64,000 nucleotides of DNA from a virus. The stretch lies in IMG/VR virus record IMGVR_UViG_3300026290_000007; one strand, 5' to 3'. Below the pieces are notes generated by a model. It saw only the letters and a list, made by a program, of their open reading frames with translations, searched no databases and was not told the origin of the DNA. Below are positions 7,842 to 14,249 of this stretch, piece by piece (the stretch's first letter is position 1; the number at the start of each line of letters is the position of its first letter). The position numbers and the translations under genes are program-made.

Positions 7842-8629
7842 CTGACCACTCTCCTATATTCATCAGCCCATTTGTTCCAGATCTGATAGAAGGGAGCTTT
7901 AGTGCTACCAGTCCACGGTTTAGTTTCTTTAGATCCAGCAAAGTGCATTATCTTTATATCCTCTGGCTTGATACCAAGTCCTGTAGATAAAGATACGTTA
8001 TATGCAAGGTCTACTGTCTTTACCCTGCCTTTGCATGTCATGTTTATGACGTCCTGATCATGACAGCCATAAAGCTTGGCATTTATTTCTTTTAGCCATG
8101 TGTCACATAAGCTGAGATTTCTTATCTCTTTCCAGTTAAAAAGCATTACGCCTGCGTTGAGGTATGGATCTTTTTCTGTAAGACCTATGTTGTATAACAT
8201 ATATTTGTATTGTGGTAAATATATTCCACTATCAATTACTCCTGCAATCAAGTTATCTTCAAGATCCATATTAAAGAAATCGGACAGATTCCCATTGACT
8301 ATTGCATCCGCATCGATATAAAGAATTCTATCGTCTGTAATTATCTTGGGTAGTACTAGTCGATATAGGGTATATTTTGTAAACCGCCCGTCAACATTAA
8401 CGGTACTTGGAACAAACTCATTATACAGTTTTTCTACATTTAAGTATATATACTCATAGCCTTCACCGAAGGTTTTTTGAACTTTGGAAAATTCATTCAA
8501 AGTAGATTCACTGAGGAGATCAGAAACCAAGTACACCTTGACAGGCGCAGGATTGTTTTTGAATATCGCGTATAACTCAACTGCTACTGCTTTTGCCCAG
8601 TCTTCGCTAAACACCAATACAATGTTCAT
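7838..8629 (-). CDS. GT8-family retaining glycosyltransferase (RfaJ/LgtC/GspA-like)
   Basis: 'YIDADAIV' (DxD), 'LNAGVMLFN', 'HDQDVIN' and 'MHFAGSKETKPW' are classic GT8 blocks. Confidence 0.87.
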   Translation of the reverse strand: MNIVLVFSEDWAKAVAVELYAIFKNNPAPVKVYLVSDLLSESTLNEFSKVQKTFGEGYEYIYLNVEKLYNEFVPSTVNVDGRFTKYTLYRLVLPKIITDDRILYIDADAIVNGNLSDFFNMDLEDNLIAGVIDSGIYLPQYKYMLYNIGLTEKDPYLNAGVMLFNWKEIRNLSLCDTWLKEINAKLYGCHDQDVINMTCKGRVKTVDLAYNVSLSTGLGIKPEDIKIMHFAGSKETKPWTGSTKAPFYQIWNKWADEYRRVVR

Positions 8630-8631
8630 TA

Positions 8632-9033
8632 TTATTTCTCCTTGCTGCGTAGTGTATCTTTTCTGCCTGACTTAACAATCCTCATTTTTATGTACTCAAC
8701 AGAAAGCTCTTTGGTGTAATCGATACATATAAGAGTAATACCAAGCTTCTTACAGAGTTCTTTTTTGAGACGGTCACAAGTCTTCAGATATTCAAATTGT
8801 TTTTTGTTTTTGAAGAAAAACTTGGAGTACCTGCTATGTTGTTTGCCCTGATGCTCAAAGGCAATCTTGAGATCTGGATAGTAAATGTCTAATTGGAGGG
8901 GCTGTTTCTTGGGGCTGACAAGAAAAGAATAGTAACCATTTCTAATATAATATTCTCCAGGATAGATTTTCTCTAAGATTTTGAATAGTCTACCTTCTCT
9001 GACGGGTTTAACTCTTTTGCTCATTGGCTTCAC
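8632..9033 (-). CDS. DUF559/Vsr-like restriction-endonuclease-fold protein
   Basis: 'LQLDIYYPDLKIAFEHQGKQH' fits the D...(h)E-x-(D/Q)-G-x-x-H pattern of Vsr/DUF559-type nucleases. Track start is GTG at 9033; ATG at 9024 is an alternative. Weak call. Confidence 0.45.
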   Translation of the reverse strand: MKPMSKRVKPVREGRLFKILEKIYPGEYYIRNGYYSFLVSPKKQPLQLDIYYPDLKIAFEHQGKQHSRYSKFFFKNKKQFEYLKTCDRLKKELCKKLGITLICIDYTKELSVEYIKMRIVKSGRKDTLRSKEK

Positions 9034-9811
9034 TCAACAATCCAAGCTGCCTTGCTTTAATCATTACCTTCTCTACAGCAGCTCGTCGTTTCAGCCATAT
9101 CGAATTTCTATGAAAGCCTAGCTTGTTAGCAATTTCTGTTTCGGTCATGTTGTCAAGATAATATAGTTTAAGTATTAACCTTTCGAGAGGAAGAAGATCT
9201 TCAAACGGATCGCCACAAGTGAGCCCATAAATCCAACTATTGCTGAGTTCTTCTGTGTTGTTAGACGCTAATTTTTCATCAAGATTAACTACGTTACATG
9301 ATGATTTTGCTACCGTCTTAAATAGTTCATCATCAAAATCTCCGATGACTGCAGTGCTTATAGGGTTTTGTAATACTTTCTTAACAAGTCTTGATACTTC
9401 GTAAGGAAACGAAGCCGCAATATATGCGCAAAATCCTTTGTCTACTTTGTACTTATGTACAGACTTTAGAAATATAACAATAAAGTCATGATATAGATCT
9501 TCTTCAAATATTTGATTATGTGCACTGTTAATTATGTATAATGCCTTATATGCAACTTCTCTGGTTTTCTTTGATTGGAAATGTCTTTTGAGACCCGCTC
9601 TGACTTTTTGGTCAGCAATGAACAAACTTATAAAATGACGGGATTCATAGTCACTGAAATCAAGCACTCCCTTTTTGATGATCTTGATGTATTTGTTGAA
9701 CAACGGAGCAAACATTTCTATGAGCTGGTTGCCTGCTTCTTCACATTCTCCGCCCTGATATCGCTTCACTAGGTTTTCAATTTGTTCATAGCGCTCTTCT
9801 GAAAAGATCAT
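9008..9811 (-). CDS. phage-encoded sigma-70-family RNA polymerase sigma factor
   Basis: Region-2-like N-half ('LVKRYQGGECEEAGNQLIEMFAPLFNKY', 'DLYHDFIVIFLKSVHKY'). Region 4.2 HTH 'LERLILKLYYLDNMTETEIANKLGFHRNSIWLKRRAAVEKV'. Confidence 0.75.
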   Translation of the reverse strand: MIFSEERYEQIENLVKRYQGGECEEAGNQLIEMFAPLFNKYIKIIKKGVLDFSDYESRHFISLFIADQKVRAGLKRHFQSKKTREVAYKALYIINSAHNQIFEEDLYHDFIVIFLKSVHKYKVDKGFCAYIAASFPYEVSRLVKKVLQNPISTAVIGDFDDELFKTVAKSSCNVVNLDEKLASNNTEELSNSWIYGLTCGDPFEDLLPLERLILKLYYLDNMTETEIANKLGFHRNSIWLKRRAAVEKVMIKARQLGLLSEANEQKS

Positions 9812-10107
9812 GACTCGTCATCCTCTTCGTCGTCTTCGTCGATAAACTCTTCATCATCTTCCAGTAACTGTAAACCCTCAAGTAAACCTTCGATATCCAA
9901 CTCTTCATCGTCGTCACAAATCTCGTCTTCTACAACAAACCCAAGATTCTTTTCTCTAAATCTATTTCTGTCGTTTTCTGTATTGCTCACATAGACCGAA
10001 TATAAGGTGCCCACTACTTTTTCAAGGAGTTGTTCATCTACTAGCCTCTTTAGGTCTTCGACGCTATCTACCCTGAAACCTACGTTATGAATATGGAACT
10101 CAATCAT
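9808..10107 (-). CDS. hypothetical protein with hyper-acidic C-terminal tail
   Basis: 99 aa. The last ~45 residues are mostly D/E ('DDDEELDIEGLLEGLQLLEDDEEFIDEDDEEDDES'). ATGA overlaps at both ends, with ruvC upstream and the sigma factor downstream. Confidence 0.6.
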   Translation of the reverse strand: MIEFHIHNVGFRVDSVEDLKRLVDEQLLEKVVGTLYSVYVSNTENDRNRFREKNLGFVVEDEICDDDEELDIEGLLEGLQLLEDDEEFIDEDDEEDDES

Positions 10108-10598
10108 GATGCTTCCTCCTCTTGAAAGAAGAAGGCTAAGCCTATAGATATTGCATCCGACACATCTTCTGGAAGATCGCCCTCCAGATTGAGTCTTTCT
10201 TTTATGGCTGCTTTAACTTCTGACTTAGATGCGTTGCCCTTTTTTGCTTTCTTCTTTGCCGTCTTATTGTTGATAACAATTAGTTCCTTTTTCCTCTGTT
10301 CGGCAAGAAGCATAATAACGCCCCGTGCCCAAGACAAAGCCTTGATTGTATTTACATTAGATCCCAAAAACTGATCCTCAACTGCAACAGCATCAACTTC
10401 ATTTGCCTCCATAATATCTATTAGCGCATCGTATAGATCCTTGAGGCGACGCGATGTTGGTCTTGAAGCAGGAGAATGGATAAGGCCACGCGACAAAACT
10501 TTAAGATCGCGTGTTACTACTGCGAAACCTGTGTTTACGGTTGCTGCATCTAGCGCAAGTATAGTGTTTATGATTTTAGGCAATCTCTTCTTCGGCAT
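10104..10598 (-). CDS. ruvC: RuvC-like Holliday junction resolvase
   Basis: 'ILALDAATVNTGFAVV' (first catalytic D), 'AVAVEDQF' (E), C-terminal 'DVSDAISIGLAFF' (D..D). 164 aa. Confidence 0.8.
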   Translation of the reverse strand: MPKKRLPKIINTILALDAATVNTGFAVVTRDLKVLSRGLIHSPASRPTSRRLKDLYDALIDIMEANEVDAVAVEDQFLGSNVNTIKALSWARGVIMLLAEQRKKELIVINNKTAKKKAKKGNASKSEVKAAIKERLNLEGDLPEDVSDAISIGLAFFFQEEEAS

Positions 10599-11151
10599 TG
10601 TAAGTCCATCCTTTGTACGATTTGTATTTGCCAGAAATAAGCCGATACAGACAGCCTCTGTCTATTTTGTTTTCTCTACAAAACCTAGCAATGTTTGTAA
10701 TTACAATAGGATCGCCACTAGGATCTCGAAATCCGTGATAACTACTCCAGTGCGTAGCCTTACCTTTATGAGATTCCGACAATCTTTGTTTAGTTAGCTC
10801 AGAGAGTGGCGGATATTTCCTGCCCTTCGGACTTGGTGGTTTTGCAGCTACAGGATTAATGTTATAACCTCGGGTTAGATTACAACAATCTAGCATATCG
10901 ATCCACCACTGCTCTCTCGTCAAAAGTACGCTCTCATTACATACAACTTCAAGTATACTGAATACAAACGCAGCTGGATTTTTGTTCCAGCTACGTTGTA
11001 AATGTAGAGAATGGTGCTTTCCAGTATTTAGATCAGACCGATGATTTTTCCACCGATGCCTGATGTCTGAAGCACTTCCAATATAAACTTTGCCGTTAAG
11101 AGTATTTTCAATACAATATATTCCTGATACCTTACTCTTCTTCCTTGTCAT
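10576..11151 (-). CDS. free-standing GIY-YIG homing endonuclease (Seg-like) with NUMOD-type DNA-binding tail
   Basis: 'GIYCIENTLNGKVYIGSASDIRHRWKNHRSDL' (GIY-x10-YIG...R...H). 'GRKYPPLSELTKQRLSESHKG' is NUMOD3-like. C-terminal 'FCRENKIDRGCLYRLISGKYKSYKGW'. The 3' end overlaps the ruvC start by 23 nt. Confidence 0.87.
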   Translation of the reverse strand: MTRKKSKVSGIYCIENTLNGKVYIGSASDIRHRWKNHRSDLNTGKHHSLHLQRSWNKNPAAFVFSILEVVCNESVLLTREQWWIDMLDCCNLTRGYNINPVAAKPPSPKGRKYPPLSELTKQRLSESHKGKATHWSSYHGFRDPSGDPIVITNIARFCRENKIDRGCLYRLISGKYKSYKGWTYNAEEEIA

Positions 11152-11254
11152 CTTTGCCGTCTCCAGGTGTTTCTTCTTGAACTTCTGGTTTGTTGTTATC
11201 TTCTACAACCTGAAACTCAGCGCCGATGTCTTCGATAATTTTCATTATCTTCAT
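11132..11254 (-). CDS. possible 40-aa acidic small ORF
   Basis: My own translation: MKIMKIIEDIGAEFQVVEDNNKPEVQEETPGDGKDDKEEE. GGGGAGG lies upstream, and there is an ATGA overlap with the stop of 11251..11574. It fills an otherwise non-coding 100-nt gap. It is too short for the ORF track. Confidence 0.3.
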   Translation of the reverse strand: MKIMKIIEDIGAEFQVVEDNNKPEVQEETPGDGKDDKEEE

Positions 11255-11574
11255 TTGGGTGCCTCCCCACTATTGTTTGTTGACTGGACTATGTGTTTCT
11301 GCATCAACATTTTGATGTACTCACTGACATAAGTAAGCAATCCGTGAGCAGCTATAAGATCTCCTTGGAGATTAACCATTGGGCCATTGTTGGTAATGGC
11401 AGCTTCAATGATACAGATAGCATTAATTTGTTGTTCCGCTGGCACTTCTTCAACTTTCTCTGCTTCGATATCGATTACATCAGAATCAGAAGCTTCTTCT
11501 TTTTGTTTTAATAAAGCGCCTCTTAGTGCATCAAGTTCTTCTAGGGTTTTGTCGATTGATTTTTTCTCCATTGT
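11251..11574 (-). CDS. hypothetical protein
   Basis: The track ORF extends to 11658, but that would overlap the upstream gene by 77 nt. An internal ATG at 11574 (MEKKSIDK...) is preceded by AAGGAGAAG and lies just after the upstream stop (11582). Confidence 0.55.
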   Translation of the reverse strand, partial: TMEKKSIDKTLEELDALRGALLKQKEEASDSDVIDIEAEKVEEVPAEQQINAICIIEAAITNNGPMVNLQGDLIAAHGLLTYVSEYIKMLMQKHIVQSTNNSGEAPK

Positions 11575-11581
11575 CTTCTCC

Positions 11582-12325
11582 TTATTTCCATACAGTACAA
11601 TAATTTTTGTAATAACATGAGTTACAAAGGTAACTCTCTTTTGGATAAAACAGTCCACGGGAAATAGACTTTACAACCTGATCCACTGTAGTGGCCATTC
11701 TATCATAGTGCTCTGGCAATCTGTGAGTCACGAAAATACGATTGCTTCTTAAGTAGTGAGCAGCAATTCTCTGCTCCTTTGCTCCGAACAATGTTCGGAA
11801 AGCATATGAGGTCAATGACAGGTTCAGGTCATAATCGACGTTCCATTGCGTAGGCAACTGGCTTCCTGTCTTGTAGTTGACAATTTCTATTACTCTTCGT
11901 GGCCCATCTTGTAACTCTCTAACTAATTCGATAATACCAGAAACTTCGTGGTCTCCGATATTAACTACAAACTCCTGTTCAATGGCAAGCGGCATTCCTG
12001 GGGCAGTGCAACTGGATTTATAGAAGTTATCTACCATCGGTAATGCTTTGTGTCCTGCCTCTGCTCTATCGTTTTTTGGAGTGAGTATGTACTCCATAGG
12101 ATCCATTTCACCATACCACAAGCTGTTCCATTTTTTCTTAATGGAATCAAGATGAGGAATATCTTTATTCATAATCCGATAGTAGAAGTAGTAGATCAGT
12201 CGATGTATTTTGTCATTTAGCTCTTGGTTGACACCTGCATCTTCAGGAATACCATCAGTGTATTTGAACTGATAGTAGAGAGGACATTTGCGATAGCTGT
12301 GTATCTCCGCAACACTTATCTTCAC
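11582..12325 (-). CDS. Cas4/AddB-like PD-(D/E)XK family protein with 4-Cys cluster, non-canonical active-site residues
   Basis: N-terminal 'YRKCPLYY' plus C-terminal 'CNSCYYKNYC'. Core blocks 'SGIIELV' and 'IVNYKTG' align to the usual 'GxIDxx' and 'xxDYKTG'. GTG start with AGGTGA upstream. Confidence 0.65.
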   Translation of the reverse strand: MKISVAEIHSYRKCPLYYQFKYTDGIPEDAGVNQELNDKIHRLIYYFYYRIMNKDIPHLDSIKKKWNSLWYGEMDPMEYILTPKNDRAEAGHKALPMVDNFYKSSCTAPGMPLAIEQEFVVNIGDHEVSGIIELVRELQDGPRRVIEIVNYKTGSQLPTQWNVDYDLNLSLTSYAFRTLFGAKEQRIAAHYLRSNRIFVTHRLPEHYDRMATTVDQVVKSISRGLFYPKESYLCNSCYYKNYCTVWK

Positions 12326-12356
12326 TGTTTATTTCACCTATAAATATTATATGCTA

Positions 12357-12905
12357 TTACACTATTGCAATTGGATTAAAAACAATTATCCGTTTTTTGA
12401 TAGTGTCATTGATAAATTCCTGATTGAAATCGCCGTATGCATATTCTACTGCAGTGTTTCTAGGATGAATATTTGTATTTTGTCGATCTGTGTCGTAAGC
12501 CCAAACTAATAGCTGTGCGCTATGATGACAAGCGTTATGTAGATCTGTATAATGACTATCGCTTGCAAAATTGAAATGTATATACCTTTGTTCAGGCGAA
12601 ATACAGTCAAGGATGTTCTGGGTTCCCTGAATTACAGTAGATATTAAACGGTCTTTGTCATATGTATCGATACAGTTGATAATGTGGGTAGCGTCAGCTA
12701 CTGCTAGCTCGACAAAGTAAATGTCTTCGACGCTACCCAAGTAGAAGTTGAAGCGGGAATTGCTATGAAGATACCTAAGTTTTTCCATAGAGCCTGTAGA
12801 CAGATTGTCTATAGCTGTGACGTGCGCATCTGGGAATTCATCTAGTATGAACTTAGATACTTCGCTGCCAACATTGCCAGCTCCACCAAATATAGCTACC
12901 TTCAT
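12357..12905 (-). CDS. NAD(P)-binding Rossmann protein, truncated/degenerate extended-SDR (sugar epimerase/dehydratase-like)
   Basis: 'MKVAIFGGAGNVGSEV...AIDNLSTGSMEKL' resembles GalE/RmlB N-termini. It is only 182 aa, and no YxxxK is visible after 'FASDSHY'. Confidence 0.6.
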   Translation of the reverse strand: MKVAIFGGAGNVGSEVSKFILDEFPDAHVTAIDNLSTGSMEKLRYLHSNSRFNFYLGSVEDIYFVELAVADATHIINCIDTYDKDRLISTVIQGTQNILDCISPEQRYIHFNFASDSHYTDLHNACHHSAQLLVWAYDTDRQNTNIHPRNTAVEYAYGDFNQEFINDTIKKRIIVFNPIAIV

Positions 12906-12918
12906 AGCTTACTCCTCC

Positions 12919-13254
12919 TTAGCCTTCTACGGTCGCAATAATATCCTTTTCATGTAGCACAAGATACTTAGTGCCATCTATTGTGATATCAAAACCTGCA
13001 TACCTTGGGAACACTACTGTTTTTCCTACCGAGATCTCTGGGTTTACTGGCCGTTTAACGAATGTCCTGACAACATTATCGCCCTCAAGTTTATACCTTT
13101 CAGTATAGACACCGTCACCGACCCCTACTACTTTACCAAAGATACCAGTTAATTGCTGCTTTTTTCTAAACTCTTCTGGAATATAGAATGATCCGATTTT
13201 TTCCTCTGCTTCTTGAACCTCAACAATAACCTGCGCACCTTTAAGTTGAATCAT
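12919..13254 (-). CDS. groES: GroES/Cpn10-like co-chaperonin
   Basis: 111 aa. 'LKGAQVIVEVQEAEEKIGSFYIPEE...GKVVGVGDG...GKTVVFPRYAGFDITIDGTKYLVLHEKDIIATVE' follows the GroES beta-barrel and mobile-loop pattern. Confidence 0.78.
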   Translation of the reverse strand: MIQLKGAQVIVEVQEAEEKIGSFYIPEEFRKKQQLTGIFGKVVGVGDGVYTERYKLEGDNVVRTFVKRPVNPEISVGKTVVFPRYAGFDITIDGTKYLVLHEKDIIATVEG

Positions 13255-13568
13255 TACTGTTTGCCCTCCACACGTTGTTTTCTCTCTAGTTCTTCTAGTG
13301 CTTTTCGTTGAGCCTCAGCACGTGCAGCTGCCTCTTTGCTAGCTTGCTCTGCAAGCTCAATATTCTTGGTTCTGCGACATCCAGTATGCTCGCGGCGTTC
13401 TCTGTCTCCAGGCATTGTATCGTCGTTATTGGCAGTTGATAGATCAAGAATCTCTTTGCCGCAAATCTTACAATATACTGGAATGCTCTCTTGTTTCATG
13501 AACTGATCAATCATTATCCGTTCATGTTCTGTGTAGTTGGTTTTTGGGTTATTAAAATTTCGTGCCAT
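13254..13568 (-). CDS. hypothetical protein with putative zinc ribbon and charged helical tail
   Basis: 'CKICGKE...HTGCRR', then 'AEQASKEAAARAEAQRKALEELERKQ'. ATG with GAGGAG upstream. Confidence 0.5.
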   Translation of the reverse strand: MARNFNNPKTNYTEHERIMIDQFMKQESIPVYCKICGKEILDLSTANNDDTMPGDRERREHTGCRRTKNIELAEQASKEAAARAEAQRKALEELERKQRVEGKQ

Positions 13569-13729
13569 TTGTTTAATTGCTCCTCACTTGGTCTTGTATA
13601 GTGCCACCAATAGTCATAGACATCGGTGATATTGTTGCCATAGAACAGCTTAACCATATGCGCCTTCCATGGCGTAAGTCCATTATTTTTCTTGTGGATC
13701 TCTGGTTTGTCCTCTACTGGCGTTCTCAT
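13514..13729 (-). CDS. hypothetical small protein
   Basis: 71 aa. ATG with AAAGGAG 8 nt upstream. It overlaps both neighbours out of frame. Confidence 0.45.
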   Translation of the reverse strand: MRTPVEDKPEIHKKNNGLTPWKAHMVKLFYGNNITDVYDYWWHYTRPSEEQLNKWHEILITQKPTTQNMNG

Positions 13730-13961
13730 GGAAAAGCTCCTTTAGTTGTTGTTTAATATCGTCGGGAAGTTTCATTTCAAAGTTTTCACGACGGATCATT
13801 AAGGCAATGTCTGATTCTTTATGCGTGCATTTATCTACGCTGTAGATACACCTTAGACAACGCTGATAACGATGAGGCGCAGCAGCACGACATTTGTTGC
13901 ATAACGGACACTGCTCAAGCCATTCGCACTCAAATTCAATTATCGGCATCGGCTTCAGCAC
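13683..13961 (-). CDS. hypothetical Cys-rich (zinc-finger-like) small protein
   Basis: 'CEWLEQCPLCNKCRAAAPHRYQRCLRCIYSVDKCTH' (8 Cys in 36 aa). Start is GTG 13961 or ATG 13949. Confidence 0.5.
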   Translation of the reverse strand: MLKPMPIIEFECEWLEQCPLCNKCRAAAPHRYQRCLRCIYSVDKCTHKESDIALMIRRENFEMKLPDDIKQQLKELFHENASRGQTRDPQEK

Positions 13962-14217
13962 TTTCTAATACTATTTCTTCATTGTTATTGAAATCTTCGG
14001 CTCTAACTAACTCTGCAGTAGCCTTGCTTCTTTCTTCCGCTTTACTATCGGCATATTTTACAAATCCATTGGCGATAAGCTTTGCTTTAATCCATGCGAT
14101 TTTCCGCCGATTGTGACGTGACAATGCGGACCTTTCGTGAGAAAACTCGTCTTCCATTAGCTCGCGAAATACTTGATGAGCCATAGCCCTCTTTGTTGCT
14201 CTACTTACTGTACTCAA
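13936..14217 (-). CDS. hypothetical protein
   Basis: 93 aa. TTG start with AGGAGG 8 nt upstream. Helical and charged. Confidence 0.5.
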   Translation of the reverse strand: MSTVSRATKRAMAHQVFRELMEDEFSHERSALSRHNRRKIAWIKAKLIANGFVKYADSKAEERSKATAELVRAEDFNNNEEIVLESAEADADN

Positions 14218-14249
14218 TATGTATCCTCCTACACCTTAATTAGTTGCTT

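Noticed and set aside
1574-8629. Idea that the sugar cassette hypermodifies phage DNA (glucosyl- or arabinosyl-hmC-like)
   Set aside because: The window contains no dNMP hydroxymethylase, thymidylate-synthase-like, DNA glycosyltransferase-like or base-modification gene. TagF-type polyol-phosphate transferases and MnaA point to glycopolymer or protein acceptors. It cannot be fully excluded without the rest of the genome.
10441-10797. 118-aa plus-strand ORF antisense to ruvC and the GIY-YIG gene. The same reasoning applies to 15286..15681, 14742..14969, 46245..46547 and the other plus-strand ORFs in the track.
   Set aside because: All lie inside minus-strand genes that have clear family motifs. 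None has SD support or a recognisable motif.
11575-11658. 28-codon N-terminal extension of the 11251 gene (track start 11658)
   Set aside because: It overlaps the upstream Cas4-like gene by 77 nt. The internal ATG 11574 has AAGGAGAAG upstream and sits right after the upstream stop.
12326-12356. TATAAT hexamer upstream of the second Cas4-like gene considered as a promoter
   Set aside because: The only TTGxxx candidate (TTGCAA) is 13 nt away, and no acceptable -35 sits at 16-18 nt. It is likely just AT-rich spacer that contains the SD.
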